From Raillietiella orientalis (Eukaryota), in contig JAYWIR010000055.1 in assembly GCA_036172245.1 (NCBI GenBank), positions 496,001 to 560,000 of the forward strand: a stretch of DNA of 64,000 bases, given 5' to 3'. The notes below the pieces were generated by a model. It was not told where the DNA came from, made no database searches, and was given only the letters and a program-made list of their open reading frames with translations. Below, piece after piece: positions 46,481 to 59,079 of this stretch. A program made the position numbers and the translations under genes. Every line of letters starts with the position of its first letter. Within the stretch, counting starts at the first letter, position 1.

Positions 46481-47328
46481 TAGACATGGGGAGCAGCAGC
46501 AGAAGATTCTTCACAGAAAGCGGGCTGAAGAAAGGAGCTGTGATTCCATACCCGGATGTGCCGGAGCGTTTATTCTCTTACAGGAATCTATGGAGCCGAT
46601 GGCCCACCAATTCCAATTGTTACACTAGAAAGAAGGTGGGAAGGGGGATGGGGAGAAGTCCATCACGTCTGGGCGCTGTGATGTAACGAGATGCTGCATC
46701 CGCGCCATAGCTACAACCCGCCACATGCTGGAGTCAGGTTCGCGGAGAAGAGAGGCCACCAGCATGACAGCAGCAAAGGGACAGCAGCCAGAAGTCGCCA
46801 CCATCCAGAGCCGCTTCTAAAGAGGAAGGAACGTCTCATACCAAAGACACCCTTTCCCCTGTCCCCACCCTCCTGCCTTTTTTTATTTGTTTATTATCCC
46901 CTCCACCCTACTTTTCGGAAGCCGGCCCGCGTGCCGGCAGTCACCCCAGTGAGCTTCTTTTTTGGGGGGGGAGGGGCATTTCTTGTTCTTTGAGGCGATT
47001 TTTTTCCCCCCTGACTTGTGCTTTGTTTCGTTATTGCAAGAGAAACATCTCGGCGTGGCCCTGGACATCTCTCCTCCCTCGAAGTCATTCTCCTCCCCCC
47101 CTTTTTCTTTCTTTTTCTTTTTTGGTTTATTCTCTGTGCTGACGTTTCTCTCTCTGCGGCTGCATGGAGTCCCGCCTTCCCTCCTGACTCCCTGGAGTCC
47201 TCGCTCACGCACCCACGAGGAACACGAAGGGCCCTCCAAAACACTGCAGGGAGGACTCCTCTCGGTTCCTCTTTTCCTCCCTCTTCCTCCCCCCCATCCT
47301 CTTCCTTGCCTCTCGGAGACCCGGGGCG

Positions 47329-50300
47329 TCAGCCGCCAATCTCGCCCTCGGCCGCGGTGGGCAGGAGCTTTGTTCTGGTGTCGCCGTCCCCCGGGCAGAA
47401 GACGATCTCCTCCTCACTCTCGTCGACCATGGAAAATACCGGGTTGTCCTTGACGATATGCCCTGAACCTGCGCCGTCCGGGAGGAGGAGGGATCCCCTG
47501 CCAGGAATGGCGCCCCGGAACTCACCGGCGTACGCGCCGCCGCACGGGGAGTAGGCGTAGGCGAGCAGGTAGATGTACAGGTTGCAGAGCCCGTACAGAG
47601 CCATGAACTCCGCGGAAGACTTGTACGTCGTGGACAGTCTGGAGACGAAGCTGTCCCGCACGATCCCGACGCCGAACCGCAGTGAGGAAATGACGGCCAC
47701 CAGTAGCAGCACGAGCAGCATCAGCCCCGTGCAGAACTTCAGCCGGATGTCTAAGGAGGAGGAGGAGGGAAAGGGGAACGGAAGGAAGAGGAGGAAGAGA
47801 AAGTCCAAGAAGGGAGACCGAAGGAGAAGGAAAGGGAGGGAGGGAGGGAGGGCGGTGGTTGCTCGGCAGCCGCAACAGCCGCTGGCATTCGCCTTACCAA
47901 AGTAGGTCAGCGTCCGGAGATCGGCGAATGCCCTGGCAACCAGGTACAGAAGATACACCAGGTAGATGACCCCCACCACCACGCAGGCCGCCTCGAAGCT
48001 CTGAGGGAGGGCGTGGGAGAGGTGCGGCAGGAGAGAGGCAGGATGCGGACCCTCAGGCGAGGGACCTACCGTGAACTGGCTCGTGTCCACCTCCGCGACG
48101 TAGGTCGGGTCCCTCATCTCGTAGTACCTCTTCCAGCTGGCTAGCAGAAACAGCAGGGCGAACAGGAGGAAGACGATGAGGATCTTCATGGCGTAGAAGT
48201 TGCACAGCCTGCGGTCCGTCTGGGAAACACGGAGGAGGCAGGGAGTACCTCGGGGAGAAGTCCGCGCTCCGCGCGGCACCTGGCGTCTCGGGTTCGAATC
48301 TCGCCCGCGAATAGAGAATGGAGCCGCGTCGTGAATTTGGACCGCCCTCTCAACCCTCCCGCAGGATGGCGCTGGCTGGCCCACGGACTGGTGCGATCTG
48401 GATGCCCCCCCGCCTCACCCCCTCCCGCCGACCGGTTGGGATTGATAAGTGAACCCTCCGGGACCCGCTTCCAGGAATCCAGGAGCCCAGCGGGGTTTTC
48501 CCCCGGTTGTGGAAATGCAACTGCCCTCCATCGCAACCCGTGGCACTGGTTGGTGGACCCTCCCCTCGAGGTATCGCTTTGCCAGTGCATGAGGAAGCGC
48601 CCTCCTCCCTGAGGGTGTTTCCCGAAGGAAGCGTCTCACCTGTAAGGTCCTCTTCCAAGGAGGAGGAAACGGGGAACGGACTGTTTCCGGGGGGTCCCTC
48701 CTCAGAGAATGAGGAAGAGGGGGTTTCCTATGGGGTTACCCTGTCAAGCGTAAGAGAGGTACAGACTCCTCCCTCCGGAGCTTTCCTGGATTCCACAGAG
48801 TAGGTTCTCCCGGGATTGCACCCTACAACCCCAAGGGTCAACACGTACCCCCGGGTGGCGCGGACGGTGCCTAAGGAGTCTCCACGTGACCCCTCCCCCC
48901 AAGGGAGAGAACGGCTCTTCATCAGTCCTTGAATCCCCCCCCCCCCAAAAGGAAAACTCGGAAAGCAGGCCGCGAGTGAAGAGGGCGCCACTCTTCCCAG
49001 AGTCCCGTGCCACTCCGCCGGCAGGCTGCGAGGAAGAGGAAACCTGCGCAGAACCATAGGTACCCGAACGACGCCACCGCACCCCTCTCGCTGCCTCCAC
49101 GAGGCGGAGCTTCCGGCCTCCCTGCGCGTGCACCCCTCGACCCTCGACCGAACTCTCGGTAGATCGCGAAAGATGAAGGAAGAGGGGGAGGGGACGAGTG
49201 GAGGGGATTCCGGGAAGGGAAACGCCCAACTCTGACCGACTGCCGGGTTTCGCGAGTGCTCCCGTTTCCTTCTTCCCGGAAAGAGGTTAGAAGAGCAAAC
49301 GAAGGGATGGGGGTGGAAAAGACGTGGGAAGAGCGGTCCCTCGACCCTGGCTGATCTGCGAGCACCGTTGCAGACCTAGATGTTCTCCCGCCTCAGGCAT
49401 CCTCTGCCGCTGCCCGCGGGACGGCAGGTGGTCTGGACCGCAGGCTGGCCGGATCTCTCCTCCCGCTTTTTTTATCAGCACGCAAGCTGAGGAGGAGGTG
49501 CTGACCGTCAGGTCGGACCACCAGGTCAGGGTTGGTAGCAGCGCAATCGCTGTTTGCTAAGACTGTTGCCCGCAAAGGAAACCCTGAAGCCCTCGGGCGC
49601 AAGACCGTAGGGGGAGGCAACGCCTGGACAAGAAGCGACCGGTTCCCTCCCTTCAACCGGTGCTCCATCCGGAAATCCCCACGGACACACCCTACGGCTG
49701 TCCTCGGCCTCTCCTCCAACAGGCCCATTCCCTGGCCGTCCCTTCCCACCGGTTGCTCCGTCCTCCCCTCGCTCGGGGCATCCAAAGCAGGAGCGCGGGC
49801 GGAAAAGGGCGAGCCGACTGGCACACCTGATCCCGATCTCGCGCGGTGCAGCCCGGTTACCTGGCGCAGTCCGTGGTATACGCAGATCCAGAAGGCCAGG
49901 ATCCCGCAGATGAAAAGCGCCTGCAGGAAAGCGTCGATGACGTTCGGGACCCACGAGTTGACCAGGAAGATCAACGGGAAGAAGGGATCTGGAACAGGAA
50001 GACGAACCCGCTCGAACCCGAACGAGGGATCGGTCGCCCCACTGCGCAGAGATGCCGACAAATTGGTATTTCTAATTATTAATGAATAAAAGAATGGGGA
50101 TAAGCTCGCCTAAAAGCGGTCAGGGGCACGCGAATGTCGCCGCAGGGCCGCAGCCTGGTCGCCTCCCCGCAGCCCGATCGGTACACGGCTCGTGGCGCGA
50201 TGAGCGGCCTAGAGGGCAGAGCGGCCCTGGTGGTTCGACCGGGTGAGGGACCCGTTATTCCCCTACGGACCGGGATGCGGGTGCGTGGGGCCACCCCCTT

Positions 50301-53300
50301 GGCAAGAAATTCGTCGCCTTGCCCTTCTCTCACCCGAAGCGCGGCTCCGAAGGTCATGGGCCTCTTCTCTCCCACGGTGGACCGGCCAGCGGAACGGTCC
50401 GGTCCGATATCCCTCCGGCAGGGGCACCTGCGATCAGCCAGCGGCCACTGACCTGGACAAGTAGTCAGCAGGCACCGAGCCTGTTGGCGTGATCGAAGCG
50501 TATCCTAGGAACCGCCGCTGCGCCTGCAGACATCTGCAACGGGACTCGGGGTTGCCCGCCCCCACATACATCCTGAAGCGGAAGCGAACGGGAGACGCCA
50601 CCCCTTCTCCTGCTCCCGCCGTAGCCTGTTGGGCTTTGGGAGGTGCTCCATACTGCCGTTCCTTTCTTTCCGCCTGGATCGCAAGCGCAGAGGAGGGAGC
50701 GGAGCCGAACGACAGGGAGACGCCAGCCGGGGAGGATCGATCGAAGGTGGCGTGTGGGAGGAGCGGGACGGGCAGGTCCGAGAAGAGCCCCCAGGCGAGG
50801 GAGCTCCCGGGCAGGGTCCACACCACTCCGAGCGGGGAAGAGTATGCTCCCGTCTACGTGGCATCGCCCAGGGAGACCCGGCAGTCACGCGGGATCGAAG
50901 GCGCAGTCGCGCCCGCGAGCCAAGAGGAAGAGGGGGATCGATCCCGGGGGACCTTCTTCGCCTCCTGGATGTGTTTCACAAGCAGGAGTCCCGGGAGAGA
51001 TGACAGTAGCTTCTTAAGGCCCGTTCTCTCTCCCAGGACGTCTCCTGTCTTGAGGCGGTGCAGCCATCTCCTCCGAGCCCCCGACAACATCGCAACCTTC
51101 CCGCCGTCCCTTCCATTCCTCCCGGAAGAGCGTGGGAGGAGTAGGGAAGGGGTCATAAGGTCACCCGCCGGAAGACCACCCGCCTCGCCCGCATTGCCAT
51201 CGAGGGCGGCAGCAGTGTGACCAAGCGGACCGCAGGTGCATCTCGCGACCTTGCAACGATGGGTGGGCGCCGTCGTGCCCATTCGGAGCGCGGGAGACCG
51301 CTGTTGCTTAGTGATTCCGCCGGTGAGCCAGGGTCGTGGTAGGTGGTCATCCCCGGAGGTAACGCCATTGTAAAAGTCGTGGCGGTTCTAGGGAGACTCC
51401 AGCCGCGACCTCGAGGGAACGCGGAAGCGGGAGCGACGCGGCCGGCTTCCAGACCACTCCTAGTTGGGGGGATGGCCATGCTGTCCCTGGCGCTGCAGGG
51501 ATGCTGCTGCAGGTCTGAGGGGACGGGAGAAAAAGGGTTGTTCCTCCCCTCCCTTCCTGTCCGAACCCGAATGACTCCCGGAACGGATTCGTATCCTCCC
51601 GAGGTCAGCCGGACAACCTGGACGACCTCGGCTCCCGAAAGGGACGCATCCGGCCTCCGGGTGACAATCCACGCCTGACCATGCGGCGTTGACACTCCGG
51701 GATCTCCCAAGAATGGCCGCCCGGTCCGGACTCTGGAACGGAAGAGGCCGCGAGCCTCTTAGGGAGAGAGGAGAAGGGGAGGTGGGGGGCGAGGTCTAAG
51801 GTGCCGTCGCGGGTCGGCCTCAGCCCGCGGAATCTCTTCCAGTGCTCCCCGCCAGCGACGAGCTGCGGGCTGGTCGGGCCTTCCGGCCCAGGACGCTTCC
51901 GTCGCGGGCGAAAGAGCAGAAGGCGGGACAGGAACGAGCCGAAGCGCTCCGCCCGTAGGGGCTCTAATGTCAGAGGACAGCGAGAGGCATCCCAGGCGAC
52001 GTTCCTGTTCTTCCTGCTTCTCCGACAGCAGGGATGGGAGGGAACATCAGGGGGAGGAAGCTCATTCGAGGATCGCCCTCACTCTGGGAGGCTTTCTGGG
52101 AGGAGAAGGAGCCCCTCCCAGGAAGTGCCCAGAGTAAAGGCGCACAGGGAAAACGCGCAAGCAGCTGGACCTGCGCACGGAAGGGGGCGGCGAGCGCGCG
52201 GAAGTAGCGACAGCCTCAGGAGGAGGGCAGCGACAGTGATGACGAGGAAAATTCGGCACCTTCCGGCCCGCCTGCCCGCGAAGACCTCGTAAGCTACGGA
52301 TCCTCGCGCGCATGTGGTTTGTAAATCCGCCGCTCCTCCTCCCAGAAGGAGGTAGGAACCGTTGCTAGACTGCAGCGGGGCGCGGAAGAAGGGTCCGGCG
52401 TCCCCGAGAAGTTCCGCGCCTGCTCGACGCCCGGAGGCATCTCCGGGATCCCCTTCCGGGTCTTCATGATGCCCAGTCGGAGAGGGGCGGCAGTGGGTGC
52501 ACGCTCTCCGGAACCAAGTGTGGAGGCGGCGGTTTTCCCTGGCAGTCCCAAGCGAGGCTCCAGGGGGGAGGTCAGCGAGGAGCAGGCTCCAGTGATAGCC
52601 AAGTGAGCCTTCTAGGATTGGGAAAGTCCTCTGGGGGGGGGGGGGGAAGTGCGACTGGGGGAGGGGAGAGAAGGGTGCGAGAGCACCTGTTGCGCTCCAA
52701 GCGGCGCGGGATCGAAGCATGTGAAGGAGGAACGGGGTGCCTCAAGGGAGCGAACGGCCGGCAGGGCAGAGGGTCTCAAAGTCCTCCTCGCGTGCAAGGG
52801 ACGGACCGATAGGTCGGTCTGCTCTCCCGGGAGCTTTCTGCCAGCCCTCCTTTGCCCCGTCCCAAGGCGTGAAGGTCTCTCTGGCCTTGCTTCGTCCCTG
52901 AGGCGCAGCTTCAGCGGTCCAGCCGGGGCGGCTTGAGGTTCCGTCTCTGGCCCCTGCCGCCACCGGACCGAAGACTGGAGCCCTCCGTGTCGACCCCTGG
53001 GAGGCGTAAGGCGAATCCCCGGGAGACGACCGACTTGCGTCAGATCCGCTCACGTTGCTAGGCGACCCGGCGCGACGTGAATGGACGGGAAGCTCGGCCG
53101 CTTGCGACGCGGACACCGCATCCAGTCCAGGCGGCTGCGAGGAGGCCTTCCCGGACCCCGAGGACGAGGGCCAGGAACACCTGCGAGGGAAGGCAGAGGC
53201 AACATTTGGGCGGGGATGCTGCACGCTCGGAGGATCCCCGCATCACCCTGCAGCTCCCCCGAGCGCACCCTCTGTTCGATGCGCGTCCTGAACCACCCCC

Positions 53301-55749
53301 ACATCTCGCCGCTGCCACCGCCGCCTCCCGCGCAACAGAAGCACCTGGACGAACGGAGGCGCGCATCTGCGCGAAACCCTTGCATCCCGATGCGATGGAA
53401 TGGACCGGGAGGCGGGAAGAGACCATTCCGATCCCGGTTGCCGGTTTGAAGAAACGAAGCGGTTGGGAACCCTCCCGTCTTCGGCGATCGCCCCGCTGGG
53501 CCGAAGGTGCAGGGTACCTTAGCTCCGCTCAGACGCAGTATCTGGATCATTCCGTCAGCATCTGACGCTGCGAGTGGGACCCTGGCCTGGTGACCGGGAA
53601 AATGGCGAGCTGGCGCCTGTATGAGTACGCGGAAGCAGTGGCCCCCCGCACGACGCCCAGCTCTCCCGGCGACAAAGGGAACGCTCCCGCGTTCCCGGTT
53701 CACATGCTCGAGCCCTTGCCGATCCCTGATTTTTTCGCACCGATCATCCATTCCTCGACTCGGCCCTGCTCGTTTGGCGACAGCGCGAGGTCGCCGCCCT
53801 CGAGCAGTGGCAACTTCTTGAGCGCAGAAGACAGACCTTGTCGGGGGCGCCTTCCTCCACGACCGGGGACGGGACCGGGCCGCCAGGCTCTGCCGGGCCA
53901 ATCTTCGCTTCGAACGATGTGGGACCCGCGCGCGCGTCGCCGCAGGGTCGAAAGCGAGGTCCGCACGACAGGACAGCAGTGCCCCACCGAGCCCAAACGC
54001 AGGCCTTCCAGGCGACCCCTCCACCCCAGGCAATCCCTCTCTCTAGCCGGACAACTGTGCTGTGCGTACTACAGAGGATGGATGACCTTCCCCTAGCTAC
54101 AGGTATCACCTGTGTGTGCGTCCTCAAGGTTGCCAGAGGAGAGTGCAAACGCACGCGGGAGGGCGAAGCGCCCCGGTTACTTTGGAGGTCCCCAAGGGGG
54201 AGTCATCCGACCCGGCCATCGAAGGGACCGGCCCCCCGCGCCAGCTGGGGGGCAGGTCCGGAGGGACACTGGATGCGTGCTTCCGGAAGGAGCGCATTTG
54301 TTGCGTCAGCAATGGGCGGGGGGCGGGGACTGCTCTTCTTAGGCCGCTCCTCGGGTCGGCGCACCCGCCGCGCGCCAGAGACACAGCGCTCCGCGGCACA
54401 CGTCACCACCACCACCAGATCATGCGGTCACGGATACGTACTGTTGTACATGAGGAGGAGAGGGAACAGGTGATGCATCCACCTCTGTTCGAGGGACCAG
54501 TCGCACTCGTGGAACCTCTGCAGGCTGCGCATGAACACGAACTACGGCGGTTGCAGCAGATGAGTGGGCTTCGTCGGGAGCAGGGCGGACGGGTGGGGGT
54601 GGAGGGGATCGAAGAAGGAGGACTTACCGCTACCAAGAGCGTGGACACCAGGAATAGGAATCGGAACCACACCTCGAGCTGGGTGAAGCTCGGGTTGTAC
54701 GTCTTGAGCTGGGATCCACCTGTGAGCGTGGCGGGCGGGGAAAGCGGGGCTGCTTACGTCGAACGTGACGTCCCGGATGCCGTACCTCTGCTGCGCCTCC
54801 CTCACCCCGTGGAAGCGGAACGCGAATTCGTAGCGGCTGTAGTTGATGTACCCAAGGTGGAGGGTGACGAATTCGTCGCACGTGGGCCCGGAGCACCGCA
54901 GGTGACGACTCCTGGAAAGACGCAGGTTTTGTCCCCCGCTGCCCTCTCACGTCGCCGCAGCGGCGACCCTCTCCCCAGAGGGCGTTTCTCGCCCCCCTCC
55001 CCCGTCTTCTGCGAGGCGACGAGCTTCCCCTCACCTGTTCAGGGATTCGGAAACAACCTCCGTGCTGTTGCTGCTGCCCTTCGGCACACCCCTCACCGTA
55101 GCTTCGACTCCGATCAGCTTGTCGAACGTCTCGTCTGCGCGGGGTAGGTGGCGCCCCCCCCAAAGGAAAAGTTCAGATCAGCCTCCCCGGCCCCGCGGGC
55201 TGCTGACCAACCTTCTGGGTTCTGCGTTTCTATCCTGCAGATGACCCACAGCTGCTGGTTGTACGTGGACAGCGGCGGGGAGTCGAGCACGAAGGGACCG
55301 TCGAGGTCCGAGGACATGTTCGCGTATTCGGGCTCCGGGAGCATTCGGAAGACGGCGGTGATGGGAGGCCCTGAGGGAAGGCGTGCCCTCTGGTCGGGTT
55401 CCCGGGGACCTGGCGCCCGTCCCGGCTTACCTGCGAGGCCGATGAAGATGAGCAGGCTGTAGAGGGAGGAGAAGGACGCGAAGACCAGGACGAACTCCCT
55501 TTTGTGCATTTCGTACAGCTTCATCCTCACGGATCTGCAATCGCGAGGCGCCCCTTGTCCGTGAGGGAAGAGGGGGCCGGGCCGCGGAGAGGGGGCGGGG
55601 GAGGAGTTGGGAGCCGCTCTCGGACCCGCCACTTACCTTTCGCACCTGTCGTGGTAGTACATGGGGGCCAGGTGCTTGCTGAAGTGGCTACCCAGGCCGC
55701 TGAGGTCGCCAGCGATCCTCCTCGCTCTGGCCGCTACCCAGTCGCACAT
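47329..55749 (-). CDS. TMEM181: Transmembrane protein 181 (GPR178, Wntless-related), ~516 aa; complement join(55637..55749,55431..55534,55212..55370,55035..55134,54758..54911,54628..54708,54442..54541,49861..49988,48070..48219,47898..48000,47526..47750,47329..47462)
   Basis: APMYYHDRCERSVRMKLYEMHKREFVLVF, PPLSTYNQQLW, LHLGYINY, KTYNPSFTQLEVWFRF, DWSLEQRW, NPFFPLIFLVNSW, FWICVYHGLRQ, DIRLKF, SAEFMALYGLCNLYIYLLAYAYSP, KDNPVFSM. Eleven GT-AG introns, exons sum to 1551 nt. Start Met tentative. Confidence 0.95.
48255..48870 (+). mobile_element. Copy of tRNA-headed SINE-like family inside TMEM181 intron 8 (antisense to the gene)
   Basis: B-box GGTTCGAATC at 48291-48300, then body colinear with the 7330-7810 and 38010-38640 copies. 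Confidence 0.65.
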
Positions 55750-56980
55750 GCCGACGCGGGCTCGCGTCCTGACGAACGGACGGCCGCTGCCGCATCCACG
55801 AGTACGCACGGCTCCCTCGCAGATACCTTGCGTGCGCGTGTATCGATCCGATGCGCGTGGGTACCTCTTCGCGGAACACCTTTCATTCACCTCTCTTCGT
55901 GGGTACAAGCAGGCGCCGTGGAAGTGGCACGGCAGCGGGGGGAAGAGGCCGCAGCCAGAGAGAAAAATCAATTACGGGCGGTCGCCGCCCGGAGAGCCCC
56001 TTCGCCCTCTTCCCCCTACTTCCTGCGGAGAGAAAAGCAGAAAGCCAGCCACCCCCGCGGAGCGCCCACGCAGCGGCCTCCTCTTCTCGCGACGGTGACG
56101 TTCGCAAGGCATCTGCGGTAGGGACACCCACGTGCGGAGCGGCGCGCTGGTCCGGGGGAAACGGGGGGAGAGGGGAGGCTGCGAAGTTCCACGAGATGAC
56201 GCGCGGCTGCCGGCGTATCCCCGCCGCTCCCCTGCGAGCGTCCCTGGATCCTCTGCTCCCGCAGTCCCCGGCGGCGGTGCGGAAGTGCCGGCCGAGCAGG
56301 ATGGCGCTGCCTTGCCCAGCCTTGCCGGACGGGAGCCACCAGCAGCAGCAGCGGATCGCCGAGTCGGAAGGCACCGCCGGGGGGGGCGAAGTGGGCAGCT
56401 TCCATCGCCCCCGGAGATCCAGGCCTGCACCGAACGAGCTGGGCTCCGCCGGCGCTGGGGGGTTCTGGTGGAGAGCGGCCGACGCGAGGGCGCTTCTCCT
56501 TGCCCAGAGCGTGGTCGATCGGCCGGATAAGACGGATAAGATGGGCGCACGCGGCCCGTGCGCCCGGGAGCTGCTCGGCTCCGCCGCCTACCTGGTTGTG
56601 CGCCCATCCCCGCCAGATCGAGTCCTCCAAAGGAAAGGGGGAGGGAGGCGAAGCAGGCTGCAAAACGGCGGGCCCTTTTTTCGCCAGCGAGTCAGCGGTG
56701 CCGTTCCTCTGAGGCAAGGGTCGGTCCTGGACGGACGTTCAATCCGCCCGATTTCCCCGGACGCTCATCCCGACCGGTGCGCCCTGCATCGGATCTCCCT
56801 CCCGTGGTTGTCGGCCCGACGTCCGCGTCAGCGCGCTCGGGGAGCAACGGGAGCCTGCGGAATGTCCCGGAGCGCCAGCACGAACGCGCCCGCAGCTCCA
56901 TCGCGACGCGGCGGGCAGCTTGCGTAACGCCGGCGTCGGCGCCGCGCCCTGCGGACTCGGTGCCGCGCGCCCGCCGTCCC

Positions 56981-57025
56981 GTGACGTCATGCCTGCGAAC
57001 GCCGCCGCCTCTCCGCGTCACGTGG
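56981..57025. promoter_or_regulatory. Perfect CRE (TGACGTCA, 56982-56989) and E-box (GTCACGTGG, 57017-57025) upstream of TMEM181
   Basis: Motif match ~1.2 kb 5' of the TMEM181 ATG at the edge of a CpG-rich region; function unproven. Confidence 0.3.
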
Positions 57026-57060
57026 CGCGGCCGACCGAGCCGGGAAAAGAGGCAGCACGG

Positions 57061-57186
57061 CCTCTTCTCCCGCCCGCCGTATGGTACCGTGTACGCTGCC
57101 CTCCTCTTCTCCCGCCCACCGTATGGTACCGTGTACGCTGCCCGCCTCTTCTCCCGCCCACCGTATGGCACCGTGTACGCTGCCCG
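57061..57186. repeat. 42-bp minisatellite, 3 near-identical tandem copies
   Basis: cctcttctcccgccc(g/a)ccgtatgg(t/c)accgtgtacgctgccc(t/g) at 57061, 57103 and 57145; no spacers. Confidence 0.95.
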
Positions 57187-57815
57187 GGGGTCATGTGGGA
57201 AAGAATCGCATGAATCTTCCATCATCCCTCGCATACGTCTCTCAGATTGATGGAATTACGGCTGCCTACACGGTGCGCTGTTATTGCATGAATGCACGAA
57301 ATGAGTTCCCATTTGCATTTGTATTCGACGTGATTTTATATGGTGTTTACGATCACAAAGCTCACGGCTCTTTCATTTGTGAAAAATGCAGGGAAAAGTA
57401 TGTATTGTACTCTACAATACAGTAAGAGGCAATGCATTAAAATTCCATTACGTAAGAACGAATGGTAAACAATCACATGCATGGAAGGGAGAAGATTACT
57501 GTGATTTATAGGTCTGTACACATATATGTACAGAACATCTGTGTTTGTAATTGTTATAAATAATATAAGCACCTGTAAATGTTGACCTTTATATATAATG
57601 TTGGAATAAGCAGGAAAAAAACATATGTATTTGTAAATGTTGTGTGTATATATATATATATTCATTTACATACTCATATGTGTTTTCCTATTTATTCCAA
57701 GATTATATATATATAGATGTAATGAATAATATTATAATATAATGAATGTTTCAAGCATATAATATGTCGAAATATATATGTAACATAATAGTCTCTGGTC
57801 TTCTATCTGGTCAGT

Positions 57816-57820
<5 letters not shown>

Positions 57821-57857
<37 letters not shown>
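57821..57857. repeat. (AT)n microsatellite (~18 units) within a small AT-rich island
   Basis: Direct reading. Confidence 0.95.
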
Positions 57858-57859
<2 letters not shown>

Positions 57860-57924
57860 AAAAAAACGTGTGTGTGTGTAAGTGTTCAAATGAAAAGCGA
57901 TGCATCGAAAGTGACTGCAAGAGC

Positions 57925-57984
57925 TCATGATGGAGCTGAAGACTGTGTCGGATCATGATGGAGCTGAAGACTGTGTCGGATCAT
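57925..57984. repeat. Perfect 28-bp tandem duplication
   Basis: tcatgatggagctgaagactgtgtcgga x2 plus tcat. Confidence 0.95.
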
Positions 57985-58059
57985 CTGTTTGATAAGGAGA
58001 AGGGATTCCGAAACCCTGAAGGTGGCACCCCTGCAACCCCGCCGCCCGCTGGTGCGCAC

Positions 58060-58510
58060 GGATGGCTTCCCCTGCGGGGGGATGACCAGGGATGACCAGA
58101 ATCTGTGAAGTGCGCCTCGTATACGGCGTGAGGCGAGCTACAAGACCTTCCCGCGAGGAGATTCCCGGACGGAACGGAAGGAACGTGGTATTTACATGCG
58201 CCTTCCGCGTGGCTTTCGCAGCTGTTCCCGCCGCCCACTCTTCCGTCACCTCGGAGGCCTAGGGGCGCGCCAGAGGGTGCCCCTGCTTGACCCCGCTGGA
58301 CTTTTATGATCCTGGAGAAGTGCTCGGGATGCGGATCCGAAGAAGTTTGCGAAACCCAGGAGTAGTAGGAGACCTGGAGGACAGCCGGAAGGATCAAACG
58401 CAGCTGCATGAATCCCAGCGGATCGTTATGCACCTGCGTGCGCGGATGCGTGCGTGCTCCCGCATCCCAGTGAAAGTAGTTGGATGCGGGGAAGGGGGAG
58501 CAGGCTGAAG
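58060..58510 (+). mobile_element. Possible decayed Tc1/mariner-superfamily transposase C-terminus
   Basis: PAAHSS...CPCLTPLDFY...GDLEDS...GCGEGG resembles the APAH...SPDLxPLDF...L...GG signature; frameshifted, no TIRs seen. Confidence 0.4.
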
Positions 58511-59079
58511 ACGGTGCAGAGTACTCCCGATGCATTTATTTTCTGTCCGCTCACTTTCGCCCCTTCCATCTCATCTCGCGAGCTTTCCCTTTCATCGCTC
58601 GCGCTCTGAGACCCCCACGTCCCTAAGCGACGCGCTACACTTCAATGTCCCTCGGAAAAAGGCTCGAAGAGGCAAATCCCGCGGGTTCGACCACGCACGC
58701 AGAAGACAGAGTCGCTGTCGGGAACACAAGCAGGGAAGCGTAGGGCGCCGAAGGAGGCTGCTGGGTTTCGCCCAGCCGACTGAGAGAAGCTGAGGCTGCA
58801 CAGTGTGCCTGACTGAGCTTTGCTCGGCGCTCGGCGACGAGTTCGTGCCTGAGGCCGGTCGATCGGGACTTCACTACCTTGCGTCTCGCATCCGGTTGCT
58901 TCCACGACCACCCCTTGCAAGTTCGGCTGGAGGGCGGGATTGGGAGCGCTTGGATCCATCTGACCAAACGAGTACCAAGAAGAAAGAGAAATGTTAGGCT
59001 GACGCCACCGACCATCGCGCAAGAGCAGCTCCAGCGCAGTCTTGGGAAAGGCTGCAGCCGTCGGCTCTCTCAACGCCTG

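Noticed and set aside
48255..48320. Functional tRNA gene (also 7745-7810)
   Set aside because: Only the B-box is clean; no complete cloverleaf; embedded in a dispersed repeat
49989..54441. Nested gene in the 4.45-kb TMEM181 intron (e.g. ORF 53050..54033)
   Set aside because: No protein motifs or consistent exon chain seen; looks like GC-rich repeat debris
57061..57186. Possible CRISPR array
   Set aside because: Contiguous tandem units with no unique spacers, no cas genes, eukaryotic context
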